DNA of 64,000 nucleotides from Alphaproteobacteria bacterium (GTDB taxonomy: Bacteria; Pseudomonadota; Alphaproteobacteria; GM7ARS4; G965262615): positions 756,776 to 820,775 of the forward strand of contig OZ253545.1 in the NCBI GenBank assembly GCA_965262615.1, read 5' to 3'. Under the pieces are notes generated by a model, which was not told the DNA's origin, searched no databases, and was given only the letters and a program-made list of their open reading frames with translations. The stretch's first letter is position 1; the number at the start of each line of letters is the position of its first letter. Shown here in pieces: positions 53,796 to 63,258 of this stretch. The position numbers were made by a program, and so were the translations under genes.

Positions 53796-54590
53796 ATGGC
53801 GACAGGAAAAACAAAAAAACGCAATCTATCGGTGGTTCGCGAGGGACTGGCGGTTGAGCACATCACCTATGAGGTGGGTCGTCGGCGCATTGTGCGGGAT
53901 GTGAGTTTGCATGTGGGGCGCGGCGAGGTGGTGGCGTTGTTGGGCCCCAATGGGGCGGGTAAGACCAGCACCTTTCATTCCATCACGGGTGTGGTGCGTC
54001 CGCGACGAGGAACGGTGTGGCTGGATGGCTATGATGTGACGGGCTTGCCGATGTATCGCCGTTCTCGCTTGGGTCTTGGTTATTTGCCGCAGGAGTCTTC
54101 CATTTTTCGCGGCATGAGTGTCAGTGACAACATCATGGCGATTTTGGAGATTGTGGAGAGTGATGCCCTCAAGCGTCGCACCACATTGGATGAGTTGCTG
54201 GCGGAGTTTTCCATTTCGCACTTGGCGGAGGCGGAGTCTGTGTCGTTATCGGGTGGTGAGCGTCGGCGTTTGGAGATTGCTCGCTGTCTTGCGTCAGAGC
54301 CTCGCTACATGTTGTTGGATGAGCCGTTGGCGGGGATTGATCCCATTGCGGTCAATGATATTCGTCACTTGGTGGCGCGTCTGAAAAATCGGGGTCTGGG
54401 GGTTTTGATCACCGACCATAATGTGCAGGAGACCCTTGCCATCTCAGATCGCGCCTACATCATTCATGACGGCACGATTTTGCGCGAGGGCACGCCTGAT
54501 GACATCATCAAGGATGAGACCGTTCGCAGCGTGTATTTGGGTGATGATTTCTCGCCGTCTCATTTTGCCACTCTTCGTGCTCGGCGGTGA
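53796..54590 (+). CDS. lptB: LPS export ABC transporter ATP-binding protein
   Basis: GPNGAGKTS, LSGGERRRLEIAR, LLDEP, and the LptB-like YLGDDF C-terminus. Confidence 0.9.
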   Translation: MATGKTKKRNLSVVREGLAVEHITYEVGRRRIVRDVSLHVGRGEVVALLGPNGAGKTSTFHSITGVVRPRRGTVWLDGYDVTGLPMYRRSRLGLGYLPQESSIFRGMSVSDNIMAILEIVESDALKRRTTLDELLAEFSISHLAEAESVSLSGGERRRLEIARCLASEPRYMLLDEPLAGIDPIAVNDIRHLVARLKNRGLGVLITDHNVQETLAISDRAYIIHDGTILREGTPDDIIKDETVRSVYLGDDFSPSHFATLRARR

Positions 54591-55888
54591 GTGGGGGTTC
54601 GGTTGTTTTAGCGGCACCGTCTTCCCATCAGGGCAAGACTTCTGTGACATTGGCATTGATTGCGGCGTGGAAGAGGCGCGAGCTGCGCGTGGGCGCATGC
54701 AAGGTGGGTCCTGACTATATTGATAGCGGATTGCATCGGCGCGTGGGAGCGGATGTCACAATTAATTTGGACCTGTGGGCGATGCGCGATGAGGTGTGCC
54801 GTCATGGATGGCACGAGTTGGAGGATGCCAGCGATCGCATCGTGGTGGAAGGCGTGATGGGATTGTTTGACAAAGGCGGCAGAGGCTGCTGCACCGCCGA
54901 TGTGGCGGCGTATTTGGGGTTGGGGGTGATTTTGGTGGTGGATGCCGCCCACATGGCGCAATCGGCTGCCGCCTTGCTGGAAGGATTTGCTCACCACAGA
55001 GACGATTGCGCGGTGCGGGGGGTGATTTTCAATCGCGTGGGCAGTGCCCGCCATGGGTCTTATTTGCGTGAGGCGGCTCATAGTGCCAATGTGCCGTTGT
55101 TGGGATTGTTGCCGTCCGAGCCATCCATTGCCATTGCGTCTCGCCATCTGGGATTGCATCAGGGGCATGAGATGTCCGACCGCTTGGTGCACGATTTGGC
55201 TCACTGGCTGGAGAGCAACGCCGATGTGTCCGCCATTGAAAAAACGAGTGATTCATCGTCACTGAGTGGGTCATCATCTCACCACAAGTCGTTGGTGTCT
55301 CTTTGTGATGTGAGTCATGTGGCGGTGGCGCGCGATGAGGCGTTTTCTTTTTGTTATGAGTGGCTCACGCGCGGTTGGCAGCGGGCGGGCATGCGCGTCT
55401 CTCACTTTTCGCCGTTGGCGGGCGAGATGCCTCATAAAGATTGTGATGCGGTGATGCTGGTGGGCGGCTATCCCGAGCATCACTTGGAGGCATTGGGGGA
55501 TGGTTTTTTCGCCACCATGAGGGAGCTCGCGGCGCGCGGCGTTCCCATTTATGGGGAGTGTGGCGGATTTATGGTTCTGGGGCGCAGTGTGACCGATGGC
55601 GATGGGGTGCGTCATGAGATGGCGAATTTGTTGCCTGTGGATTTCTCGTTCGTCTCGCCGCGCCGTTCATTGGGCTATCGCCGTTGTCGGTTGGTGCATG
55701 ATTGTTTTTTGGGGACGAAGGGCAGGGTGTTGCGGGGGCATGAGTTTCATTACGGACGCATCACCCATCAAGAGGGTGCGCCGCTTTTTCGCATGGAACA
55801 CGATGACGGCGAAGGCTGGCATGATGCTGGTTGTCGGGTGGGGTCGGTGATGGGGAGTTTTTTTCATTTGATAGATTTTGAATCGTGA
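54587..55888 (+). CDS. cobB: cobyrinic/hydrogenobyrinic acid a,c-diamide synthase family protein (CobB/CbiA)
   Basis: N-terminal P-loop-like SSHQGKTSVTLAL and PDYID, with a C-terminal glutamine amidotransferase region (YGECGGFMVLG). The GTG start overlaps the lptB stop. Confidence 0.8.
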   Translation: MSGGSVVLAAPSSHQGKTSVTLALIAAWKRRELRVGACKVGPDYIDSGLHRRVGADVTINLDLWAMRDEVCRHGWHELEDASDRIVVEGVMGLFDKGGRGCCTADVAAYLGLGVILVVDAAHMAQSAAALLEGFAHHRDDCAVRGVIFNRVGSARHGSYLREAAHSANVPLLGLLPSEPSIAIASRHLGLHQGHEMSDRLVHDLAHWLESNADVSAIEKTSDSSSLSGSSSHHKSLVSLCDVSHVAVARDEAFSFCYEWLTRGWQRAGMRVSHFSPLAGEMPHKDCDAVMLVGGYPEHHLEALGDGFFATMRELAARGVPIYGECGGFMVLGRSVTDGDGVRHEMANLLPVDFSFVSPRRSLGYRRCRLVHDCFLGTKGRVLRGHEFHYGRITHQEGAPLFRMEHDDGEGWHDAGCRVGSVMGSFFHLIDFES

Positions 55889-55930
55889 TTGCGGTATGAT
55901 GGTGGGTGATTCAACGACAAAAGGGAGGCG

Positions 55931-56887
55931 ATGATGGCAAAAGCAACGAAACTGGCTCTGGTGGGAGCGGGGCAGATTGGTGGCACACTGGCGCACTTGG
56001 CGGCGCAGGATGTGTTTGATGAGATTGCCCTTTATGACATCGCGGGGGATATGGCGCGCGGCAAGGCATTGGATTTGATGCAAGCCGGCGCGGTGGAAGG
56101 TTTTGAGGCACACATTCACGGCGGCGATGAGGATTCTTTGGTGCGTGATGCCGATGTGGTGATTGTCACTTCGGGCTTGCCGCGCAAACCCGGCATGAGC
56201 CGCGATGATTTGATTGAAAGCAATTGTGCCATCATCAAAAAAGTGGGGGCGTTGATTAAGACGCAATCCCCCAAGGCGTTTGTGATTGTGGTGACCAATC
56301 CGTTGGATGTGATGGTGTGGGTGATGCGGCAGGTGACGGGTTTTCCTCATGCACGAGTTGTGGGCATGGCGGGCGTTTTGGACTCGGCGCGTTTTGCTCA
56401 TTTTTTGAGCGCAGCTCTGGGCATCGCCAAGAATGATATTTCCTGCACGGTGCTAGGCGGGCATGGTGATTTGATGGTGCCCCTCATCGGTTATTCATCG
56501 GCTGGGGGTGTCTCGCTGGATGAATGGGTGCACAGCGGGCGGTTGCCACAGGATGTTTTGGATGGCATCATTGAACGCACGCGCGGCGGCGGCGGTGAGA
56601 TTGTCAAACTGCTGGGGACCGGTTCGGCGTTTTATGCGCCCGCAGCATCGGCGTTGCGCATGGCGCGAGCGTTTGTCCGAGACGAAAAACGCCTGCTCAC
56701 CGCGGCGGCATGGCTAAGAGATGCTTATGGCGAGCGCGATGTTTATGCCGGCGTTCCGGTTACAATTGGTGCGGGTGGCGTTGAGCAAATCGTCCAGCTG
56801 AGCCTCAGTGACACGGAGCAAGCGGCATTCAAACAATCGGTGGCGGCGGTGCGAGAATTAGTTGCCGTTGCCGAAAAAATGATATAA
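55931..56887 (+). CDS. mdh: malate dehydrogenase (LDH-like type)
   Basis: LVGAGQIGGTLA, GLPRKPGMSRDDL, VTNPLDVM, VLGGHGD. Confidence 0.95.
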   Translation: MMAKATKLALVGAGQIGGTLAHLAAQDVFDEIALYDIAGDMARGKALDLMQAGAVEGFEAHIHGGDEDSLVRDADVVIVTSGLPRKPGMSRDDLIESNCAIIKKVGALIKTQSPKAFVIVVTNPLDVMVWVMRQVTGFPHARVVGMAGVLDSARFAHFLSAALGIAKNDISCTVLGGHGDLMVPLIGYSSAGGVSLDEWVHSGRLPQDVLDGIIERTRGGGGEIVKLLGTGSAFYAPAASALRMARAFVRDEKRLLTAAAWLRDAYGERDVYAGVPVTIGAGGVEQIVQLSLSDTEQAAFKQSVAAVRELVAVAEKMI

Positions 56888-56899
56888 AAAGGATTCATC

Positions 56900-58063
56900 A
56901 TGACTGTTATTACCAGACCCGCTATTGAAGTAACGCAGGGCAGATACAAATTGTATCTGACATCCTTTACTGCCGAGCATTTTAACATGGCTGATTTTTA
57001 TGATGTTAAGAAATTAAATATTGACGCAGAAGGTGGCTATCAAAGAGGTTTGCAAGAAACGCGCGTCAAAAGGTTTGTTACAGACATTGTCCGAGCCTCT
57101 CACGATTCGAGGGCAGCTACCGAAGATAATAATTTCGGGTCGTGCTTTTATCCCACATCGGTTTTTTTGACAACAGAACATGATGTGAAATATGACGATG
57201 AGAAGAGAGAAATATTATTTGACACAAGCATTTGTCCTTTCAACATTGTGGATGGTCAGCATCGTGTGGAGGCTTTGCGGAAAGCCAGTAACGGGAATAC
57301 CGCTTTGGATGATTTTCCCATGCCCGTCACACTGGCAACCAACCTCAAGGAAGTGGAACAAATGCTTCAATTTTTGATTGTGAATAGCCAACAAAAGAAG
57401 GTTGAAAAAGGAGTGGAGCAACACATTTATGCGCGTTTATGCGATATGCAAACACTTAAACCAATGCCTTTTTTGCCAGGAGTGGTGGAAAGAGAAGTAG
57501 GAAAGGGCTTATATCGTGAGTGTTTTGACATTGTCAAATTTCTGAATAATGAAGAAACTTCTCCTTGGAAAGGAAAAATTGTCATGGCTGATGATGACCC
57601 TAAAAAGAAAGGTGTTAAACAAGCTGCGTTTGTGGGTAGTTTGAAAAGGTATATTTTTGCCCAAGGCAACCTTTTGCATGAGAAAAAGGATGATATTCGT
57701 TATGTGAAAAATTTTCTTTTGAACTACTGGATCGCTTTAACCGAATTCGCATCTCGGGACATTCGTATTGAGTCTGATTCAAATATTTTCAAAACAAATG
57801 GACTAAACTTTTTTCATGAAATTTCTAGCCTTTTTGCAGAAAAGTGCTTGAATAATGATGATGCGACAGTCCCCACAATTAGAGGATATTTTGAGGGGGT
57901 GAACGACTGTGCGTTGGAATTGGGAAATGAAAAGGTGGTAAAATTGATGGCATCTGCAAATTGGGCGAAAGGTGGTGAATTTGGTAAATTGAATCTAGGG
58001 GGCATTAGGGGCAAGGCTAGTGAATATAGTGCAATTTTTAAGAGTTGGGATTTAGGATTCTAG
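56900..58063 (+). CDS. DGQHR-domain protein (DndB-like, ParB/Srx-fold)
   Basis: YQRGLQETRVKRF ... NIVDGQHRVEALR ... EQMLQFLIVNSQQKKV. The ATG lies 12 nt after the mdh stop, preceded by AAGGA. The sequence is A+T-rich. Confidence 0.75.
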   Translation: MTVITRPAIEVTQGRYKLYLTSFTAEHFNMADFYDVKKLNIDAEGGYQRGLQETRVKRFVTDIVRASHDSRAATEDNNFGSCFYPTSVFLTTEHDVKYDDEKREILFDTSICPFNIVDGQHRVEALRKASNGNTALDDFPMPVTLATNLKEVEQMLQFLIVNSQQKKVEKGVEQHIYARLCDMQTLKPMPFLPGVVEREVGKGLYRECFDIVKFLNNEETSPWKGKIVMADDDPKKKGVKQAAFVGSLKRYIFAQGNLLHEKKDDIRYVKNFLLNYWIALTEFASRDIRIESDSNIFKTNGLNFFHEISSLFAEKCLNNDDATVPTIRGYFEGVNDCALELGNEKVVKLMASANWAKGGEFGKLNLGGIRGKASEYSAIFKSWDLGF

Positions 58064-58079
58064 GCAGTGAGCTCAACCT

Positions 58080-58421
58080 TTGAATATTGCTAATTTAACC
58101 CCTCAAGTTGAGCACAAAGTATCCTTTAGTGGCAGAGAGCTTTTGTCCGTTCCTAAAGAGGCGGGTTGCTATGTGCTGACCAATTTTAGTGGTGAGATTT
58201 TTTATATTGGTAGGGCTAAAGATTTGTGCAGACGCATGGCACAGCATTTAGAAAATCCAAAGATGAGACAGCGAATTACTGCAGGCAAGGCAACTCAATT
58301 CCACTATCGCTTGTGTGAGGTCAAAGAGCTTCCCTATCTTGAAAGAGGCTGGATGAACGAGTATAGAATGAATAATGGTGGCAGGTTGCCCCCTTTTAAT
58401 GAGGTGGATGCTGCCATCTAA
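58080..58421 (+). CDS. GIY-YIG nuclease domain protein (113 aa)
   Basis: GCYVLTN..GEIFYIGRAKDLCRRMAQH ... LERGWMNEY..N gives the full motif set. The only in-frame starts before the domain are TTG (58080 or 58143). Confidence 0.65.
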   Translation: MNIANLTPQVEHKVSFSGRELLSVPKEAGCYVLTNFSGEIFYIGRAKDLCRRMAQHLENPKMRQRITAGKATQFHYRLCEVKELPYLERGWMNEYRMNNGGRLPPFNEVDAAI

Positions 58422-58448
58422 GATTTTGCCATCTAATTGGAGGTTTTT

Positions 58449-59618
58449 ATGAATGTTCATGAATATCAGGCGAAACGCCTGCTTGGTCAGTTTGATGTTC
58501 CCACGCCTGTTGGGGATGTTGCTTACAACACGCATGAGGCGGAGCGCATTGCCAATTGGCTTGATGAGGATGTGATGGTGGTGAAGGCTCAGATTCATGC
58601 TGGGGGGCGTGGTTTGGGCGGTGGTGTCAAGGTGGTGAAATCGGTGGCGGATGTGGTGAAGTCTGCCGATGCCATGTTTGGCATGATGCTCAAAACTCCG
58701 CAAACGCCGCCTGAGGGCAAGAAAGTGCGGCGCGTTTATATTGAAAAGGGGGTTAATATAGACAAGGAGATTTATTTTTGCGTTGTGGTCAATAGGGCAA
58801 CGGGCGGGGTGGACATCATCGCCAGCAAGGAAGGCGGCATGGACATTGAGGAAATCGCTCAAAAGAAACCCAAGTCAATCATGAAGGTGTCGTTGCCTGC
58901 GGGGGCGCGTCTTGCCTCGCACCATGTGCGCCGTCTGTGCTACGGGCTGGGGCTCGGCGGACGCTTGGGACGCAAGGCACAAAAAACCATGCTGAATATT
59001 TGGCGCGCCTATGACAATCTGGATGCCTCCATGCTGGAGATCAATCCACTGGTCACCACCAAAGAGGAGGAGGTCTTTGCTCTGGACTGCAAGGCGGACT
59101 TTGACGACAATGCTCTGTTTCGTCAACGGCGGGTGGAAGAAATGCGTGATGATGACGAAATGGACCCCCTTGAGCTGGAAGCCGCGCGTCACAATCTCAA
59201 CTATGTGAAGCTGAACGGCAGCATTGGGCTCATGGTCAATGGCGCGGGACTCTCAATGGCAACGATGGACATCATTGAGAGCATGGGGGGCAAGGCGGCA
59301 AACTTCATGGATGTGGCAGGAGCGGCAACCTCGGAGCGTGTCGCCGCCGCATTCAAACTGATTTATCGCGATGCCGATGTCAAAGGTATTCTCATCAACA
59401 TTTTTGGCGGCATGATGCGCTGCAACTCCATCGCCGAAGGCTTGGTCGCCGCCGCCGGCGAGGTGGGGCTGGAGAAACCGCTGGTGGTGCGTCTGGAGGG
59501 AACAAATGTGGATTTGGGACGCAAAATCCTCAAGGACTCGCCCTATCCCATAGAACCAGTCGCCACCATGTACGAGGCGGCGGAGAAAATCGTGAACGCC
59601 GTCAAAAAAGGAGGCTGA
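58449..59618 (+). CDS. sucC: succinate--CoA ligase (ADP-forming) subunit beta
   Basis: [24 protein letters not shown], and NIFGGMMRC-type motifs. GGAGG precedes ATG 58449. Confidence 0.95.
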   Translation: MNVHEYQAKRLLGQFDVPTPVGDVAYNTHEAERIANWLDEDVMVVKAQIHAGGRGLGGGVKVVKSVADVVKSADAMFGMMLKTPQTPPEGKKVRRVYIEKGVNIDKEIYFCVVVNRATGGVDIIASKEGGMDIEEIAQKKPKSIMKVSLPAGARLASHHVRRLCYGLGLGGRLGRKAQKTMLNIWRAYDNLDASMLEINPLVTTKEEEVFALDCKADFDDNALFRQRRVEEMRDDDEMDPLELEAARHNLNYVKLNGSIGLMVNGAGLSMATMDIIESMGGKAANFMDVAGAATSERVAAAFKLIYRDADVKGILINIFGGMMRCNSIAEGLVAAAGEVGLEKPLVVRLEGTNVDLGRKILKDSPYPIEPVATMYEAAEKIVNAVKKGG

Positions 59619-59619
59619 C

Positions 59620-60498
59620 ATGGCTATTTTACTGGACAAAAACACCAAGATTATTTGTCAGGGCTTCACGGGAGCGCAAGGGACATTTCACTCACAGCAG
59701 GCGTTGGATTATGGAACGAATTTGGTGGGCGGCGTGACGCCCGACAAAGGCGGCAGCAAACACTTGGGACTGCCCGTCTTCAACACGGTGGAAGAGGCGG
59801 TGGAGAAAACAGGATGCACCGCAACGGGCGTTTTTGTGCCGCCACCCTTTGCCGCCGATGCCATCTTGGAGGCGGTGGAGGCTGAGCTGGAACTGGTGGT
59901 GTGCATCACCGATGGTGTGCCGGTCAGCGATATGCAACGAGTCAAAAGTGCCCTTGTGGGCAAAAAAACCCGCCTCGTGGGACCCAATTGTCCGGGCGTT
60001 TTGACTCCTGATGTGGGCAAAATCGGCATCATACCAGGGCATATTTGTCAAAAAGGACGGGTGGGAGTGATTTCTCGCTCCGGCACATTGTCTTATGAGG
60101 CGGCGGTGCAGACCAGTCAGTCGGGGCTGGGGCAATCCACCATCATTGGCATTGGCGGTGACCCTGTCAATGGCACGAACTATGTGGATGCCTTTGAACT
60201 CTTCATGCAGGATGATGAAACCGATGCCATCATCATCATTGGCGAGATTGGCGGTGTGCCAGAGATCAATGTGGCGCATTATATCAAGGACTTGGGCAAA
60301 AAATCCAAACCTGTGGCGGCGTTTGTCGCAGGGGCTGCCGCACCGCCAGGAAGACGATTGGGACACGCAGGGGCAATCGTCTCGTCTGACGATGAAACCG
60401 CTCAAGCCAAAAAAGAAGCTTTGCGTTCCGCAGGCGCAGTGGTGGCTGATATCATCACCGATATCGGCAAAGCCATGCGCCAAGCGATGAACTCATAA
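59620..60498 (+). CDS. sucD: succinate--CoA ligase subunit alpha
   Basis: [23 protein letters not shown], and GHAGAI (phospho-His loop). Confidence 0.95.
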   Translation: MAILLDKNTKIICQGFTGAQGTFHSQQALDYGTNLVGGVTPDKGGSKHLGLPVFNTVEEAVEKTGCTATGVFVPPPFAADAILEAVEAELELVVCITDGVPVSDMQRVKSALVGKKTRLVGPNCPGVLTPDVGKIGIIPGHICQKGRVGVISRSGTLSYEAAVQTSQSGLGQSTIIGIGGDPVNGTNYVDAFELFMQDDETDAIIIIGEIGGVPEINVAHYIKDLGKKSKPVAAFVAGAAAPPGRRLGHAGAIVSSDDETAQAKKEALRSAGAVVADIITDIGKAMRQAMNS

Positions 60499-60516
60499 CT
60501 CAAGAGGAGACACACC

Positions 60517-61041
60517 ATGAAAGCGCACGCCCTTATTTCTTACATGGGACCCGATAAACCCACGCTTATTTCTTCCATCATTGCGTTGCTGGAGGAGCTG
60601 GGCGGCAGCTTTGGTGATGTCACATTTGCCACTTTGGGTGAGGCGGGGGAGCTCACCTTTATCTACGAAATGCCCGATGGACTTGAGGTGGATGCGCTCA
60701 GAGGCCAATTAGAATCACTGAGTGTGTTGCAAAGCGGCACGGTGCGGGTGGAATCGTTTGCTTTGAAGGCGGAGAAGGGCCCCACCAGCCGCATCACCCA
60801 TCGCATTGTGTTGTCTGGCGAGGATCGCTCTGGACTGCTCAAAAGCATTATTGATGTGTTGGACAAACACGGTGCGGTGATTGTGCGCATGAATGCCGAG
60901 CGACTGCACGGAGCGACAACGGTGCGCTATGCGGCGCGCATTGCACTGTCGGTGCGCGAGGAGCGCGCCCCTGATTGCCTCAGTGACATGGCGCGCCTTG
61001 CGGCTTCTCTCAATATGACCTTGCGCTACGAGACCGCCTGA
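60517..61041 (+). CDS. tandem ACT-domain protein (GcvR-like)
   Basis: It has two roughly 80-aa halves, each starting with a hydrophobic beta strand followed by G.D+.G(L)+..I (GPDKPTLISSII; GEDRSGLLKSII). Confidence 0.6.
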   Translation: MKAHALISYMGPDKPTLISSIIALLEELGGSFGDVTFATLGEAGELTFIYEMPDGLEVDALRGQLESLSVLQSGTVRVESFALKAEKGPTSRITHRIVLSGEDRSGLLKSIIDVLDKHGAVIVRMNAERLHGATTVRYAARIALSVREERAPDCLSDMARLAASLNMTLRYETA

Positions 61042-62092
61042 AGCGTTTGGCTTGCCAGCTTGTTTTCAGCAACAGATGATGCAACACAATATGCCCCCAT
61101 GAGGGCGAGTGGCTTTTGAGTTGTTCTTCAAGGGCGAGCCATTCTGTCATCACGGCGGTGAGGGTGTCATTGTCCCATAGCTGCCATGTGCGCCTGAAGG
61201 CTGCTTTTTGTTTGAAAAAAACGGGGGGTTTGATGGATGACAGTGCCTCCTCCAAACTCATGCCGTCCGCCATCAAATGATAGCCATCCTGCAGACGGCG
61301 CAGATGATAGAGCACAAGGCGCACCAGCTGAATATGGTCATCGTGCGGCACATGATGCACCCGCACATCCTTCCACTGTCCCAGCATGATGGCATGAGGC
61401 AATCGCTCCAAAGACGAAGGAACGCCATGATGAACCGACAGACACGCCACCACATCGCTTTCGCTCACCTCTTTGGTGTCGTGAGCATAGAGCATCACCA
61501 TATCTAAAAATCCTAAGAGGTCATCGCGATTGTCGCTTTTGAGTGCCAGCAATTGACGAGAAGCATCAGGATGAATCGTTTTATCATGTTTTGCGGCGTG
61601 TTCTCGCAAGAGGTCGGAGAGGGTGCGCTCGGAATCTTCGTAACAACCGATGGCGATGAGGTTTTTTTTGTCTTTTTCAAACAGTTGGCGAAGAGGCGAG
61701 CGCGGCGCAAGGGCATCGGCTTTGACAATCACAGGATGCAGCATATGAGGCAACGCTTTGCGAATGGCTTGAGCCGTGGGACTGTCGGCATCATGAGCGG
61801 CATCAATCATGACAAGGCGGGCGTCCCCAAAAAGTGATGGCATGGCACTTTCCATCTCCAGCCATGCGGCAAGGTCATCCACTTCAGCCGCGCGGCATGA
61901 AACAAAGCGCATGGGATCGCTCGTAACTTCTTGCAGAGCATCCCGTGACGGCAGTGACAATTGATGCATCGCCCATTCATCACAGCAGCTGCGCGCCAAT
62001 CCGTGATTGACGCCAAACGCCAACAAGGATTTCACCTCGCCCGCTGCGGTGCGACGGCAATGGTCGCGCAATTGGTAGGATTTCACTTGCAT
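61010..62092 (-). CDS. holA: DNA polymerase III subunit delta
   Basis: The call rests on size, helical composition and the conserved lptE-holA order. I read no sharp motif, so this is mainly a positional call. Confidence 0.55.
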   Translation of the reverse strand: MQVKSYQLRDHCRRTAAGEVKSLLAFGVNHGLARSCCDEWAMHQLSLPSRDALQEVTSDPMRFVSCRAAEVDDLAAWLEMESAMPSLFGDARLVMIDAAHDADSPTAQAIRKALPHMLHPVIVKADALAPRSPLRQLFEKDKKNLIAIGCYEDSERTLSDLLREHAAKHDKTIHPDASRQLLALKSDNRDDLLGFLDMVMLYAHDTKEVSESDVVACLSVHHGVPSSLERLPHAIMLGQWKDVRVHHVPHDDHIQLVRLVLYHLRRLQDGYHLMADGMSLEEALSSIKPPVFFKQKAAFRRTWQLWDNDTLTAVMTEWLALEEQLKSHSPSWGHIVLHHLLLKTSWQAKRFRRSRSARSY

Positions 62093-62562
62093 CAGATGGG
62101 ATCAATGGTGTGAAGCAATTGCATGGTGATGCGACTGGCAAGGATGGTCAATAGGTGTTCTCGCAATCGCTGTTTTGCGTGAGAGTCGGCATAGCTGGTG
62201 CTGCCAATGCGATAGGTGGCACTCTCATGCAGCTGGCGTTTGATGACGATGCGTGTTCCTTGGCGCAAAACCACATCGGCAGAGATGATTAATTCACTGC
62301 CACGCGCCGATGTGTTGGGCTGAATGAATAGTGACTGTGACCTCTCACGCAAAGAAATATCCAACCGATAGGGGGCATCGGGGTGAATGTTGAGTTGCCG
62401 ATCCAATTGCCCTGCCAAAAAAAGATGATGGTCATCATTGTTGGGTGTGAGGGCGATGACCACATTCTTTTTGCGCAATGAATCGCCATAGAGGGGTGTC
62501 AGGCTGCAGCCAGCCATCACCAGCGAAGGCAACAGGACAATCAGTGAGCGGATGACAGGCAT
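62092..62562 (-). CDS. lptE: LPS-assembly lipoprotein LptE
   Basis: A lipobox (LVMAGC|S), a length of 156 aa, and a position upstream of holA. Confidence 0.65.
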   Translation of the reverse strand: MPVIRSLIVLLPSLVMAGCSLTPLYGDSLRKKNVVIALTPNNDDHHLFLAGQLDRQLNIHPDAPYRLDISLRERSQSLFIQPNTSARGSELIISADVVLRQGTRIVIKRQLHESATYRIGSTSYADSHAKQRLREHLLTILASRITMQLLHTIDPI

Positions 62563-63194
62563 TGTTTCATAAATTGTTGTGCCCGCACAATGATGGCATC
62601 ATTGATGCCATGACCAAGACCGTGTTCCAACAGACTGGCAACCGCAATCCCACTGGCTTTGAGCTGAGATTCGGCATCATGCATATGGGTGTAGGCAATG
62701 AGGGGGTCGTCACTGCCATGGGTCAGCAAAACAGGTGGATAGTGGGGCATGGGCGGTGGTGGCTCTGCCAAAATGGACGAAAAACTCATAATCCCCGCCA
62801 CAGGTGATGCACGCCGCAGGCCCACATGCAATGCCAACATTCCTCCTTGGGAAAAACCGCTCACAATCAAATCGGAGGCATTCAGCTCATAATAGGTGAG
62901 CAATTCGTCAAGGTATTGATTGACCAGCGGCGCACTTGCCGTGAGCAATGACACAATGGCACTGGGTTCTAATCCTTGCGTGAGACTAAACCATTGCCTG
63001 CCCATTCCGCCTTCATGAGGGTGTGGCGCATCAGGAGAGACAAACAGGGTATCGGGAAAATGACGCTGCCAAAAAGTCACTAACCCCAGCAAGTCGTTGC
63101 CGTCAGCTCCATAGCCGTGCAACAGCACCACCAGCGAGCGCGGACGGCTCAAGGAGGAAGGCGCATGGTGGGTGACAAGAGAAAATGATGACAT
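62541..63194 (-). CDS. alpha/beta hydrolase (phospholipase/carboxylesterase family)
   Basis: VVLLHGYGADGNDL, the nucleophile elbow GFSQGG, and the C-terminal HG.D..I and GHGI. Alternative starts are ATG 63221 and TTG 63227. Confidence 0.8.
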   Translation of the reverse strand: MSSFSLVTHHAPSSLSRPRSLVVLLHGYGADGNDLLGLVTFWQRHFPDTLFVSPDAPHPHEGGMGRQWFSLTQGLEPSAIVSLLTASAPLVNQYLDELLTYYELNASDLIVSGFSQGGMLALHVGLRRASPVAGIMSFSSILAEPPPPMPHYPPVLLTHGSDDPLIAYTHMHDAESQLKASGIAVASLLEHGLGHGINDAIIVRAQQFMKQCLSSAH

Positions 63195-63258
63195 GGTCTT
63201 TTGCTTACCTTGCTTTATCATACGCAAATGATTATGTCATCTATCAGGAGGCAAAAGG

